Virus record (IMG/VR): IMGVR_UViG_3300031414_000007
Span: 1-64,000 of that record
DNA length: 64,000 nucleotides
DNA from: a virus
Lineage: Duplodnaviria > Caudoviricetes
Direction: 5' to 3' (one strand)
Position numbers and translations under genes: made by a program. Below the pieces are notes generated by a model. It was given only the letters and a program-made list of their open reading frames with translations, was not told the DNA's origin and made no database searches. Positions 1 to 9,075 of this stretch are shown in pieces (the stretch's first letter is position 1; every line of letters starts with the position of its first letter).

Positions 1-14
1 GTGTCGTAACAAGA

Positions 15-446
15 TTGACCACACAGGTGGCTTCAAGATTCTCACTCAGCCTCAAGTGTTGCACCTCGAAAACAAACACGTCTGCAATGGAGATTGCGAT
101 CATGGCCCAGAAGCTGTCTGAGCAAATCAACCGCTATTTCAATCTCATGGAGAAAATCCGTGAGCAACTGTTTCGCGTTATGCCTGTATCTGACCGCTAT
201 TTGTGTATTGTCAGTTTCAGCACGAACCATCAGGCGATGATGTGTGATCTCGTTAGCAAAGAAAGCCTCATGCCCGCAAAGCTGCTTGATGGTCTTACCG
301 GACAAGAGCTGGTGACGTATGGCAGTATCAAGCAATCTATCGAAGACTGGGTAGCTGATGGTATGCAAGCTGACTTCCCTCTCAGTCAGAGCGATGACGT
401 ATACGCTGAATACAAGAGCTTAACACGCGAACCTGACATAAACTAA
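15..446 (+). CDS. hypothetical protein
   Basis: 143-aa ORF co-oriented with neighbours; true start uncertain; no motif recognised. Confidence 0.6.
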   Translation: MTTQVASRFSLSLKCCTSKTNTSAMEIAIMAQKLSEQINRYFNLMEKIREQLFRVMPVSDRYLCIVSFSTNHQAMMCDLVSKESLMPAKLLDGLTGQELVTYGSIKQSIEDWVADGMQADFPLSQSDDVYAEYKSLTREPDIN

Positions 447-460
447 ACTCTGCAAATAGC

Positions 461-504
461 TGGACGAAATGCGGGTATATAAGAATAATCTTATGTGATA
501 TAAT
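461..504 (+). promoter_or_regulatory. sigma70-type extended -10 promoter (TGATATAAT), copy 1 of a 44-bp duplicated element
   Basis: TGnTATAAT at 496-504 upstream of topoisomerase B; 37/44 identical to 4543-4586. Confidence 0.7.
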
Positions 505-576
505 AGCGTCAGACAAGTAGTGTCTGAACTTGCTAATATCGAGTAGTCTACGCTACTCACTCAGGAGAATACCAAA

Positions 577-2598
577 ATGGCCAAAGCGCCTAAAGCCGCC
601 AAAGTTAAAAAGCAAACGGGTGACGGTTCTCAAGAAGGCTTCGTAATTGCCGAAGGTCTTGATGGAATCCGAATGAACCCGGGAATGTACTTGGGTCAAC
701 GCGGTGCCGATATGGCTTATCGCGGAGTTAAAGAGCCTGTCGATAACGTTTATGACGAACACATCGCGGGACGTAACAAAGTTCTGGAAGTTGTGATTGA
801 CTACGACAACGACCTGAACGTAGTAGCCGACATGGCGAAAGGTATTCCTACCGACTTCAAGAAACTGAAAGACGGTACGAAAGAAACGATCATGACCGCA
901 GCGTTTAGCCGTGTTCACGCTGGTGGTAAGTTTAACGATCAGGCGTACAAGACTTCTGCTGGTACACACGGTGTTGGTGTTGCGGCACTGAACGCAGTGT
1001 CCAGCCAGTTACGCGTTTGGTCAATGTACAAAGGCAGTTGCTCTTATCAGATGTGGCAGTGCGGTGTCGCCAAGTCAGGCAAAGACCCGAAGAAAGTCAA
1101 GTCTGTTGATAAAGACGTAATGAGCCTGCTGCGCGAAAAGAAAGCGAGCAAGTACGGTACGATTGTTGCGTGGACGCTCGACCAGACTGTTGTGTCTGCT
1201 GACGTTATGCGCGGGAAGAAGCTGCCGAAGGGTTATCGTCACGCTGCACCAGACCCTGCTCAACTCGGTACGTGGCTGCGCAATATGTCGCTGCTTAACC
1301 CAGGCTTCGAAGTACGCCTGACGCTTATCAAGAAAGGTAAGCGCAAAGAGTTCACGTTCCACAATAAGAAAGACCTCGCGCACGTTGTGAAGACGATGGT
1401 AGAAGAACGCGAGCTTGGCTCAGTCGGCAAGCCGTTTATCTTCAAGAACGACAACATCACCGCAGCGCTGACGTGGACAGATCATCCTGACACTGACAAC
1501 TTCCTCAGTTTCGTTAACACTAGCCCGACTGTTGATGGCGGCTGGCATGTAGTAGGCTTCCGTGATGCGTTGTTTGAAGCAATCAAGCCGTACATGAAAG
1601 AAACGAAAGGCAAGAAGAAGCAGAACTTCAAGCAGGAAGATCTGCTTATCGGCCTGACCGGTATGTTCGACTGGCGTATGCACGGTGCTCAGTATACCTC
1701 GCAGGTTAAAGACAAGCTGGCGAGCCGTGTCGAAAAAGAAGTATACGAGATGCTGAAAGAAGCGTTCGTGAAATACTTCAAGGACAATAAGAAAGTCGCA
1801 ACGACGATCATCAAACGCGCCGAAGCGATGAACAAGGGACGCGAAGAACTCAGTGCTGTCGTGAAGTCTATGGCGGACACGAAGAAGAAGTTGAAAGGCA
1901 ACTCGCTTCCTGCTGACCTGATCTCTGCACTCAAATGTAAGCCACATGAGCGTGAGCTTATCGTTGTAGAAGGTGACTCTGCTGGTGGTACTGCGAAACA
2001 CGCACGTAACCCTGACTATCAGGAAGTTATGCTTGCTGGCGGTAAGCCGCTTAATGGCCTGAAAGCAAGTCTGGCTGATGTACTCAAGCACAAAGAAGTG
2101 CAGGGCATGTTAGTGTCTGTGGGCGCTGACCTGAAATCGTTAGACCCGAAAGCAGAAGCGCCGAAGCTGAGTACAAAGAACCTGCGTATCGGCAACCTGC
2201 TGTTCTTGATGGATGCTGACCCTGACGGCTTCCACATCGCAACGTTGTTCTTAGGTGTTATCTATCGTCTGCTGCCTGACCTGATGAAAGAGGGTCGTGT
2301 GTGGATTGTCGATGCACCACTGTATAACGTGATGCACAAGGGCATTCACTATGGCGGCATGACGTTTGAAGAATGCCGAGCGAAAGCACCGTCTGCTGTA
2401 AAAGATAAAGAAATCGTTCGCGCCAAAGGATGGGGTGAAGTAGAGCCAGAAGTTCTCGAAGCGATCTCATTCAATCCGAAGACTCGTCGCTTGATTCGCG
2501 TGAACCCGTTCACTAGCGTCGAGCAAGAGCGTTTCTTCCGCGGTGTGCTGGCAGAAGATGCAGTTCATCGCCGTCGTCTGTTGGGTCTGGAGGATTAA
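577..2598 (+). CDS. gyrB: type IIA DNA topoisomerase subunit B (GyrB/ParE-like)
   Basis: GHKL motifs EGLDGIRMNPGMYLG, EPVDNVYDE, HAGGKF, GTHGVG; Toprim VEGDSAGG and DADPDG; SD CAGGAG. Confidence 0.95.
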   Translation: MAKAPKAAKVKKQTGDGSQEGFVIAEGLDGIRMNPGMYLGQRGADMAYRGVKEPVDNVYDEHIAGRNKVLEVVIDYDNDLNVVADMAKGIPTDFKKLKDGTKETIMTAAFSRVHAGGKFNDQAYKTSAGTHGVGVAALNAVSSQLRVWSMYKGSCSYQMWQCGVAKSGKDPKKVKSVDKDVMSLLREKKASKYGTIVAWTLDQTVVSADVMRGKKLPKGYRHAAPDPAQLGTWLRNMSLLNPGFEVRLTLIKKGKRKEFTFHNKKDLAHVVKTMVEERELGSVGKPFIFKNDNITAALTWTDHPDTDNFLSFVNTSPTVDGGWHVVGFRDALFEAIKPYMKETKGKKKQNFKQEDLLIGLTGMFDWRMHGAQYTSQVKDKLASRVEKEVYEMLKEAFVKYFKDNKKVATTIIKRAEAMNKGREELSAVVKSMADTKKKLKGNSLPADLISALKCKPHERELIVVEGDSAGGTAKHARNPDYQEVMLAGGKPLNGLKASLADVLKHKEVQGMLVSVGADLKSLDPKAEAPKLSTKNLRIGNLLFLMDADPDGFHIATLFLGVIYRLLPDLMKEGRVWIVDAPLYNVMHKGIHYGGMTFEECRAKAPSAVKDKEIVRAKGWGEVEPEVLEAISFNPKTRRLIRVNPFTSVEQERFFRGVLAEDAVHRRRLLGLED

Positions 2599-2599
2599 G

Positions 2600-2857
2600 A
2601 TGGACTTCAATATAGCTAATCTGCCTGATGGAACTCAGATTCGTTTTCTGGACATGCCGTCTATTCAACATACGCCGATGACTGCCAAACAGCAGGCTGA
2701 ATATGACAGACTGATTCCGAAACTGCGTGAACTGTCAAAGGATTGTATTGTGCCTGCGCACACTGTAGTTGACGGCCAGCCGCATGAGCGTGTGCTGGTG
2801 CAGATGAAGCGAACTATTCTCGCTAAGATTAACGCGATTGCCAAAGGGGAACAGTAA
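2600..2857 (+). CDS. hypothetical protein between topoisomerase subunits
   Basis: ATG at 2600 after GGAGG; stop overlaps next ATG (TAATG). Confidence 0.7.
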   Translation: MDFNIANLPDGTQIRFLDMPSIQHTPMTAKQQAEYDRLIPKLRELSKDCIVPAHTVVDGQPHERVLVQMKRTILAKINAIAKGEQ

Positions 2858-4512
2858 TGGCAGTTAAGCCGAAGAAAGTTAAAGTCGAAAAGAAATCGAC
2901 TGCGGTAGCGAAGCCTGCAAAGGTTAAGTTGAAGTCGAAGTCGAAAGCTGTTGCTGTCGATGACCTGCCGAAAAAGAAAAAGAAGAAAGGCGAAGTAGTT
3001 GAGACGAGCACAGGTACTTCACTGTACCCGATGCTGGGTCAAGACGAGTCTCTCATTCGTGACGAGAACCTCGCCGACTACACACGACGCGCTCTCTTCC
3101 AGTACGGCTCATACGTTGTTGAAGACCGTGCTATCGCTGACTATCGTGACGGTCTCAAGCCTGTGCATCGTGCGCTACTCTGGTCGCTGTCTGACTTGGG
3201 CTTACGTCCTGGCGGTGCGTTCAAGAAAGCTGCACGTACCGTAGGTGATGCGTTAGGTAAGTATCACCCACATGGCGATGCTGCTTGTTACGGTGCGATG
3301 GTAACGATTGCAAACACAGTGCCTCCTGCTGTAGCCGGCCAGGGTAACTGGGGCGACCCAGTAGCGCCAGCCGCTGCGATGCGTTACACCGAAGCGAAAA
3401 TGAGTAAGTTCGCGGGTAGCTTCTTGCTTGACCCTGACTATCTCGAAGTAACGCCGATGGTGGATAACTTCTCGAACGATATGAAGCTGCCACTGTATCT
3501 GCCTGCGCTGCTGCCGTACATGCTGTTCAACGGTAGTGTGCCTGCGCCAGCATATGGCGTTAAGTGCGGTAACCCATCGTTCAGCTTTACGTCGGTTGCG
3601 AAAGTCGTGTGTGATATGCTTAACGGCAAAGAGTACACGGCTAAGAAGCTCGCTGAGACACTCAAAGTCAATCATGAGTATGGCTGTCTCGATGTAAGCT
3701 CCGACGAAGATTATCTCGCGCTGATGACGACAGGCAAGGGTAAGGTCACATACGAACCGCAGATGAAGGTCGACGAGAAGACGAAGACCATCACGATTCA
3801 AACGTATGTGCCTGGCGGCATGTCGAACAACGCAGCGATAACCAAGAAGCTGGAGAAGATTGCAGAGTGGTCTGGTGTTGTGTCCGCATCGAATGCCAGT
3901 TCGAAGAAGAACAAGGACGCAGGCCCATGGGGCGCAGCGTTTGCTATCAAGTGTCGCGGTAGCGAAGACCAGTTGTATGAGATTGCGACCAAGGTGCAGC
4001 GTGAAGTAACCTCGTCAATCAACTACGCGTTGGGTGTGACAGTTCGCCGTGCTGACGCATCGAACAAGTTTATGTACCTGTCGTATGTGAACTACTTCAA
4101 AGCGTGGGTTGCATATCGCGTCAAGCTGGAAGTGGCGATGCTCAAGAACAAGATGGCCAAAGCAGAGAAAGCCTTACATCTGCAACAGGTCTACTTGTGG
4201 GCAGTGGACAACATGGACAAGTTGCTCAAAGCGCTGCCTAAAGCGCTGGTGGCAAAAGACCCGGACGAGACGCTTGCGAAGCTGTGTAAGATTCCTCAGG
4301 AAGATGCGAAAATCATCCTCGATCGTCAGGTGCGTAAGCTGGCTAAACTGGAACGCGCAGGCCTGGTGGCCAAGATTAAAGAAATCAAGGCCGAGATTGC
4401 CGAGTATAAAGCCGGTCTGAAAGAGCCGGGTAAATATGCAGCAAACGGTACAGCGGCTAAAGTTAAAGCGTATCTCAAGTCTCCCGACGACAAGATGCCT
4501 GTAAGTCTCTGA
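2857..4512 (+). CDS. gyrA: type IIA DNA topoisomerase subunit A (GyrA/ParC-like), no C-terminal pinwheel
   Basis: DGLKPVHR, GKYHPHGD and AAMRYTE (catalytic Tyr) motifs; Lys-rich N-terminal extension. Confidence 0.95.
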   Translation: MAVKPKKVKVEKKSTAVAKPAKVKLKSKSKAVAVDDLPKKKKKKGEVVETSTGTSLYPMLGQDESLIRDENLADYTRRALFQYGSYVVEDRAIADYRDGLKPVHRALLWSLSDLGLRPGGAFKKAARTVGDALGKYHPHGDAACYGAMVTIANTVPPAVAGQGNWGDPVAPAAAMRYTEAKMSKFAGSFLLDPDYLEVTPMVDNFSNDMKLPLYLPALLPYMLFNGSVPAPAYGVKCGNPSFSFTSVAKVVCDMLNGKEYTAKKLAETLKVNHEYGCLDVSSDEDYLALMTTGKGKVTYEPQMKVDEKTKTITIQTYVPGGMSNNAAITKKLEKIAEWSGVVSASNASSKKNKDAGPWGAAFAIKCRGSEDQLYEIATKVQREVTSSINYALGVTVRRADASNKFMYLSYVNYFKAWVAYRVKLEVAMLKNKMAKAEKALHLQQVYLWAVDNMDKLLKALPKALVAKDPDETLAKLCKIPQEDAKIILDRQVRKLAKLERAGLVAKIKEIKAEIAEYKAGLKEPGKYAANGTAAKVKAYLKSPDDKMPVSL

Positions 4513-4514
4513 TT

Positions 4515-4526
4515 AATCTGTAAATA
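4515..4526 (+). promoter_or_regulatory. recurrent motif AATCTGTAAATA (putative phage promoter class A)
   Basis: exact 12-mer directly after the gyrA stop; recurs at least 6 times. Confidence 0.6.
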
Positions 4527-4542
4527 CAACTCAGCATATTCT

Positions 4543-4586
4543 TGGATGAAACGCGGTTGTATCAGATTAATCTTATATGATATAAT
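4543..4586 (+). promoter_or_regulatory. sigma70-type extended -10 promoter, copy 2 of 44-bp element
   Basis: TGATATAAT at 4578-4586; near-identical to 461-504. Confidence 0.7.
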
Positions 4587-4870
4587 GGTACTGTTGAGTA
4601 GCGCTACTTAGTGGGAAATAGGTGGTGCTACTCGAAGCATAACAGGAGGGTAAGGTAGCGCAGCACAAACCAATTCGGAAACTCAAGGGTAAAATAATCC
4701 GAGCCTAAAAGGCCAACTCTGGCGAGGTATTCTCTGGGAGAGCCCCTCGACCTATACTATAATCGACCCATGAAAATACTAATATGCACAAGCAGCATTT
4801 GGTATTTCGAAGTGTCGCTAGGACTGGCAACAATGGTCCTCAACTCTTAATGAAGTTTGGAAATCCATAG
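4587..4870 (+). ncRNA. candidate structured RNA or long 5' leader
   Basis: about 280 nt with no ORF in the track, in a densely coding genome; follows a promoter; several hairpins (4596-4633, 4703-4713, 4723-4749, 4821-4839). Confidence 0.35.
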
Positions 4871-6145
4871 ATGAAAAATCAGGTAAGCAACCTCAAGGCT
4901 GGGTTAGAGCAAGTTAACACACTGTTGACCACGCTCCGTTCAGGAACTAACTTGAAACGCCAGCACGTTGTTGATTCATTAGGTCAGCCTTCCTCAATTT
5001 TAGCTGATCTGACCAAGGCATTAAAGAGTAATACCTACAAATCGTACCCCGATGTACTGCAACTGCGTGACTCTGTACGCGCAACTTGCACCACCTGCCT
5101 CAGCCTGTCAGAACAAGTGGCCGCTAAACGCATCAAGCCACGCGATCTGATGGAAAAGCTCGGTGAGATTGTGAAGTCGTTTCAAGCTGACGTATCGTTA
5201 GCTAAGTCCTGTTTGGGTTATCTGCCTGAGTCTCGCAAAGTCGTAACGCTCGACGATGTGAAGATGAATGCCGACGGTAGCACCGATTTGGATTCATTCC
5301 AGAAAGTTGCGGAAGAGATCTACGAGCAGGAAACGAACGACAAAGCTGTACGCCGTGAGCAACGCGAAGATGCTGCGACTGCTAAAACAAGTCGTGTGCT
5401 CAAGCGTCTCAAGGACACGTATGGCCACAAGGTCCCGAGAACGTTCAAACACGCTATTCAAATAGTTCAACTTCCTGTGATGGCCCGATTTGGTACACTC
5501 GCCATGAGTCCTGAATCGCTTTCTCGCATGGGTTTCAAAATCGAAACTGCCGGTCTCCACTCAACCCCCAGCTCAGACTTAGGCATCATTTTTGAAAACC
5601 AGCTCCTGCTTTTCTTCCGCATGTCCGACGCGAAGGGAATGGCAGAAGAAGCCGTGAAAGATCACAAGATGCTTGATGGTACTCTCGTAGAACGCAAACG
5701 CCTCCAGAAAGAACGCAACGCAGAACGCCGTGACCTCAAGAAGCTCAATCAGCTTTTGGATCAGGCAAAGTCTCTGAAAGCTCGTCGTGCGCTTCGTGAA
5801 CAAATCGCAGAAGCTCAGGAAACGATTGACGAGATCACTGCGAAGCTCGACGCGATGGACAGCAAAGTGCGTGAGAGTAATTCCAAAGAGCGCGTATATC
5901 GCCAGATGAAGACCTCTAGCGATCATGCGATGTTAGACTATCTTAACCCCATTGTCGATATGCTCAACGAGAAGGGTAGTTCCACGCTCGGTCTGTTCAC
6001 CACCATGCCGTTACGCGGTGTGATGAAGGACAGCGATGTGCATTGTGCTTGGCTTATGGAGAAATCAGCTATCAACCTGTTGCTGCGCCACACTGGCGGT
6101 GACATGAAGTTGCAGAACTGGTTCCTGCCTTGGACTAATGGCTAA
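4871..6145 (+). CDS. hypothetical protein with coiled-coil segment
   Basis: 424-aa ORF; charged heptad-like stretch in the C-terminal half. Confidence 0.85.
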   Translation: MKNQVSNLKAGLEQVNTLLTTLRSGTNLKRQHVVDSLGQPSSILADLTKALKSNTYKSYPDVLQLRDSVRATCTTCLSLSEQVAAKRIKPRDLMEKLGEIVKSFQADVSLAKSCLGYLPESRKVVTLDDVKMNADGSTDLDSFQKVAEEIYEQETNDKAVRREQREDAATAKTSRVLKRLKDTYGHKVPRTFKHAIQIVQLPVMARFGTLAMSPESLSRMGFKIETAGLHSTPSSDLGIIFENQLLLFFRMSDAKGMAEEAVKDHKMLDGTLVERKRLQKERNAERRDLKKLNQLLDQAKSLKARRALREQIAEAQETIDEITAKLDAMDSKVRESNSKERVYRQMKTSSDHAMLDYLNPIVDMLNEKGSSTLGLFTTMPLRGVMKDSDVHCAWLMEKSAINLLLRHTGGDMKLQNWFLPWTNG

Positions 6146-6680
6146 CAACGATAACCGACTGCCGGCGGCAACGAAAGGTGAGTTGTCACAGTGTATCATT
6201 TGCTTGAAGTTTAGCAGATCGATTCACTATCACCATACCGTGCCCCGCTCACTGGGAGGCGAGCTTTCGCTTCAAATCCCAATAGACGGTGACTGCCACA
6301 CAACGCTTCACGCAAAAGCAGAAGCAGTGGTAGCGAAGTTAGCAGGTAACCGTAAGCAACCTATCGGTACGTTCTGGGACGACCCAGATGCGGAACGTAG
6401 GGCACAAACGTGGCTAGACATTCTGGTAGATGCTATGATTAACCCACCGGTTCAGCCTGGACAGAAAGAAGTCCTGCTGCCGATGATTAAGGTTGACATG
6501 GAAACCAGACATGCTCTCGAACTCTTAAAGCGCGACACGCCTGGCATTACTAATATGAGCCAAGTGTTGCGTCTCTGCATTGAGACAACATTAAAATCAA
6601 AGGGGTTAAAAAATGGCGAATCAAAAAGTACGCACTCTGGACATCAAAGCACTCGTAAAAAGCGAACTGACCTGTGGTGA
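6138..6680 (+). CDS. HNH-like Zn/His domain protein with possible C-terminal ribbon-helix-helix
   Basis: CIIC..HYHHTVPRSLGG..DCHTTLH pattern; C-terminal MIKVDMETRHALELLK..NMSQVLRLCIE. Confidence 0.55.
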   Translation: MANNDNRLPAATKGELSQCIICLKFSRSIHYHHTVPRSLGGELSLQIPIDGDCHTTLHAKAEAVVAKLAGNRKQPIGTFWDDPDAERRAQTWLDILVDAMINPPVQPGQKEVLLPMIKVDMETRHALELLKRDTPGITNMSQVLRLCIETTLKSKGLKNGESKSTHSGHQSTRKKRTDLW

Positions 6681-7482
6681 TTGTCGTGGTCTGACGCGCG
6701 ATGCTCTGTTACCGACTGCTGAAAAGCCGTGTGCTACACAAGGTCAGTTGGCTGATTCTAAGATCTGCAAACACTATCGTTCAGACAGTCAATCACTGAC
6801 TGAACTGATGACCGAGCATGGCGATACGCTGGTGGCTCTTTTCAATACGTTCCGTAAATTCTCTGACAAAGACCTGCGCGTTGTTGCTGGCATGTTGCTG
6901 TCTGAGTCTAAAACACGTCGTCATGGCGTGAAGATGGGACAAGCTGTATTTGTGCGTTACCAAGGTCGTGAGACTCGCAACTACCTGAACAACTTCATGG
7001 CAGCGCGTGTGCTCGACGTAGACGACGATTCGATTCGCCTTATTTCCGAGAAAGGTGACATTGTGTTGACGTATGCGAACAACGGCTTTAACGGTCCGTC
7101 CGTATATACGAAGAAGCAATTTGCTAAGTTGCGCACTGAGATGATCAAAGCTGGTAAGCTGATCGACCCTGAGCGCGAGATCAAAACTGCGAAGCGTAAT
7201 CTTCCGCAAGAAGATAACGTTAACTTCTCTGCACCGAGTTCACTCGATGGCTTCACTGTTCCGCTGATGGAAGATGTGACTAAAGGCCGTGGCGGTAAGC
7301 GCAAGGGTCGTAAGACTCAGACGCTGGTGGACATTGTGTCAATGATTGAGAACGGTCATGACATGGGCGCAGAGCAAGACGAGTCTGGTGTAATGAGCCT
7401 CGGCGGTAACTCCTACAAGTCGAAACAGAAGAAGAAGATTCGTGTCGGTAAGAACGGCGCTATCGAACTCGGCGACCTGTAA
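6613..7482 (+). CDS. hypothetical protein, N-terminal Cys cluster
   Basis: 289-aa ORF, CGDC..C..C, basic C-terminus. Confidence 0.8.
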   Translation: MANQKVRTLDIKALVKSELTCGDCRGLTRDALLPTAEKPCATQGQLADSKICKHYRSDSQSLTELMTEHGDTLVALFNTFRKFSDKDLRVVAGMLLSESKTRRHGVKMGQAVFVRYQGRETRNYLNNFMAARVLDVDDDSIRLISEKGDIVLTYANNGFNGPSVYTKKQFAKLRTEMIKAGKLIDPEREIKTAKRNLPQEDNVNFSAPSSLDGFTVPLMEDVTKGRGGKRKGRKTQTLVDIVSMIENGHDMGAEQDESGVMSLGGNSYKSKQKKKIRVGKNGAIELGDL

Positions 7483-7538
7483 TTAAGATCTAGTACCAAG
7501 CAATAACTTCAAACTATACGAACAGGATCTCGGAAAAC

Positions 7539-8678
7539 ATGATCACAGAAGAATTAGGTCTTAATGCTTATCTGGCACAGCGTCTGGGAATTGAGGAAAC
7601 CTCAGAAGCGTTCCAACGAGTATACGCTGCGACAATTCGGTATATCGGCAGCGGGTATAAATCTATTGCGGGTTATCACCGCGACTTGCAGGCAGCAATC
7701 GACTTTAAGCAGTACGAGTTTACTGCACCGGACTTGCGTATTGAGCTATCTTCTATTTGTCGCTTCACGTTGAAGATGCGTTTCTTTGTGTTGGCTGTTT
7801 GTCTGCACAAGAACCCGAAAGAAACAGTTTTGAAGTACGCTGCGTATGGACTGTCTAAGCGCGAAGCCGTGTTAGCATGGAACTTAGTGCTGAAAGACGA
7901 AACGAAGCGTACACAGATTCGTCGTTGTGCGAAAGCGCGAGCGAAGTCCAAAGGTGGTCTGGATATCACTATGGTCAGTAGCAATGAATTGCGCCTTCGT
8001 CTCGATCAGTCGGCCAGCCTGTTCGGTGAGATTCATCGCAGTGCGAAGCGTCTGGTCAGAAAGAAATTGCAGTGGGTGTCAGTAAGCCATAACATTCCTA
8101 TCGCAGACCTTACTTGCGATATTATGTGCAAGGTGTTGCTGTCGTATTATCAGTCTCTGCCAAATCGTTTTAGCGAGGGCCACCAGCTTAACTATCTTCG
8201 TGCGTCACTGACGAACCGCATTAACAACATGAACAACTACTACGGCGCTGAGAAGCGCAAGCGTATGAAGAAAGTTGGCGAAGACAAGTATGAGATCGTA
8301 GTCATGTCTGATAATCAGATGTGGCACAATCCAGAAGACGACTCGTCCAACTCATACGAAGATATGTTGGGTGAGGGTGCTCGCGTACACACCGAGCAGA
8401 TGGAGAATACTCTGACCATCAATCGTCTGCTGGAAGATTCAGAGGGAACGAAACGCCACAAACTGTATCAGACAGTGCTTGGCCGGGATTGCGCTGAGTT
8501 CACTGACTATCTACGTGAGAACGGGATGCTCAAACAGACCATGACGTGCGCCACACAATGGCTCATGGCTAAGCCCACGAAGTTCATACGCAAGACGTTG
8601 GCCAAGTGGCTAGACGTTAGCGTTGACGCTGTGTCGGGTGGTCTGGAAACATTACGTGGTTCATTACAGGTAGCATGA
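7539..8678 (+). CDS. hypothetical protein, possibly a divergent sigma-factor-like regulator
   Basis: 379-aa ORF with SD; central DLTCDIMCKVLLSY..LNYLRASLTNRINN loosely resembles sigma region 2. Confidence 0.35.
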   Translation: MITEELGLNAYLAQRLGIEETSEAFQRVYAATIRYIGSGYKSIAGYHRDLQAAIDFKQYEFTAPDLRIELSSICRFTLKMRFFVLAVCLHKNPKETVLKYAAYGLSKREAVLAWNLVLKDETKRTQIRRCAKARAKSKGGLDITMVSSNELRLRLDQSASLFGEIHRSAKRLVRKKLQWVSVSHNIPIADLTCDIMCKVLLSYYQSLPNRFSEGHQLNYLRASLTNRINNMNNYYGAEKRKRMKKVGEDKYEIVVMSDNQMWHNPEDDSSNSYEDMLGEGARVHTEQMENTLTINRLLEDSEGTKRHKLYQTVLGRDCAEFTDYLRENGMLKQTMTCATQWLMAKPTKFIRKTLAKWLDVSVDAVSGGLETLRGSLQVA

Positions 8679-9067
8679 GAGGTCACCATATAGTTATGCA
8701 AGCAGCAATCATTAACACTGACGTAGAGCGTTGTGCTCTCGCCCTGTTCACTCGCCCGCAGCTGGACGAGGACTATAAGCGTACCGTGTTGTATCTCGTG
8801 TATAAGACTGTAAATCGTAATGGCATGATGCAAGTCAATCGTCTGGTGTTCGAACTGAGCCAGAAGTATGGACTGAACAAAGAGGACGTGAAGTCTGCTA
8901 TCGGCGCGCTCAAAGCTCCGTCGGCATTCAACTCGCTTTCAGTGTTCGTGCCTCGTGCAGATTTGAAGGCTAACCGTGTATGCCGAGTGAACTCGAATGC
9001 AGCCATTGAAAACTGGATTGCAGAAGTAGAGACGACTCGGCCTCATATCACTCGCTTGTTGCAGTAG
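8675..9067 (+). CDS. hypothetical protein
   Basis: ATGA overlap with the upstream gene; 130 aa. Confidence 0.75.
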   Translation: MRGHHIVMQAAIINTDVERCALALFTRPQLDEDYKRTVLYLVYKTVNRNGMMQVNRLVFELSQKYGLNKEDVKSAIGALKAPSAFNSLSVFVPRADLKANRVCRVNSNAAIENWIAEVETTRPHITRLLQ

Positions 9068-9075
9068 GGGCGTAA

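Noticed and set aside
4672-4705. Group I intron-like P/Q sequences
   Set aside because: No R/S elements or interrupted host gene found; kept only as part of the structured-RNA candidate
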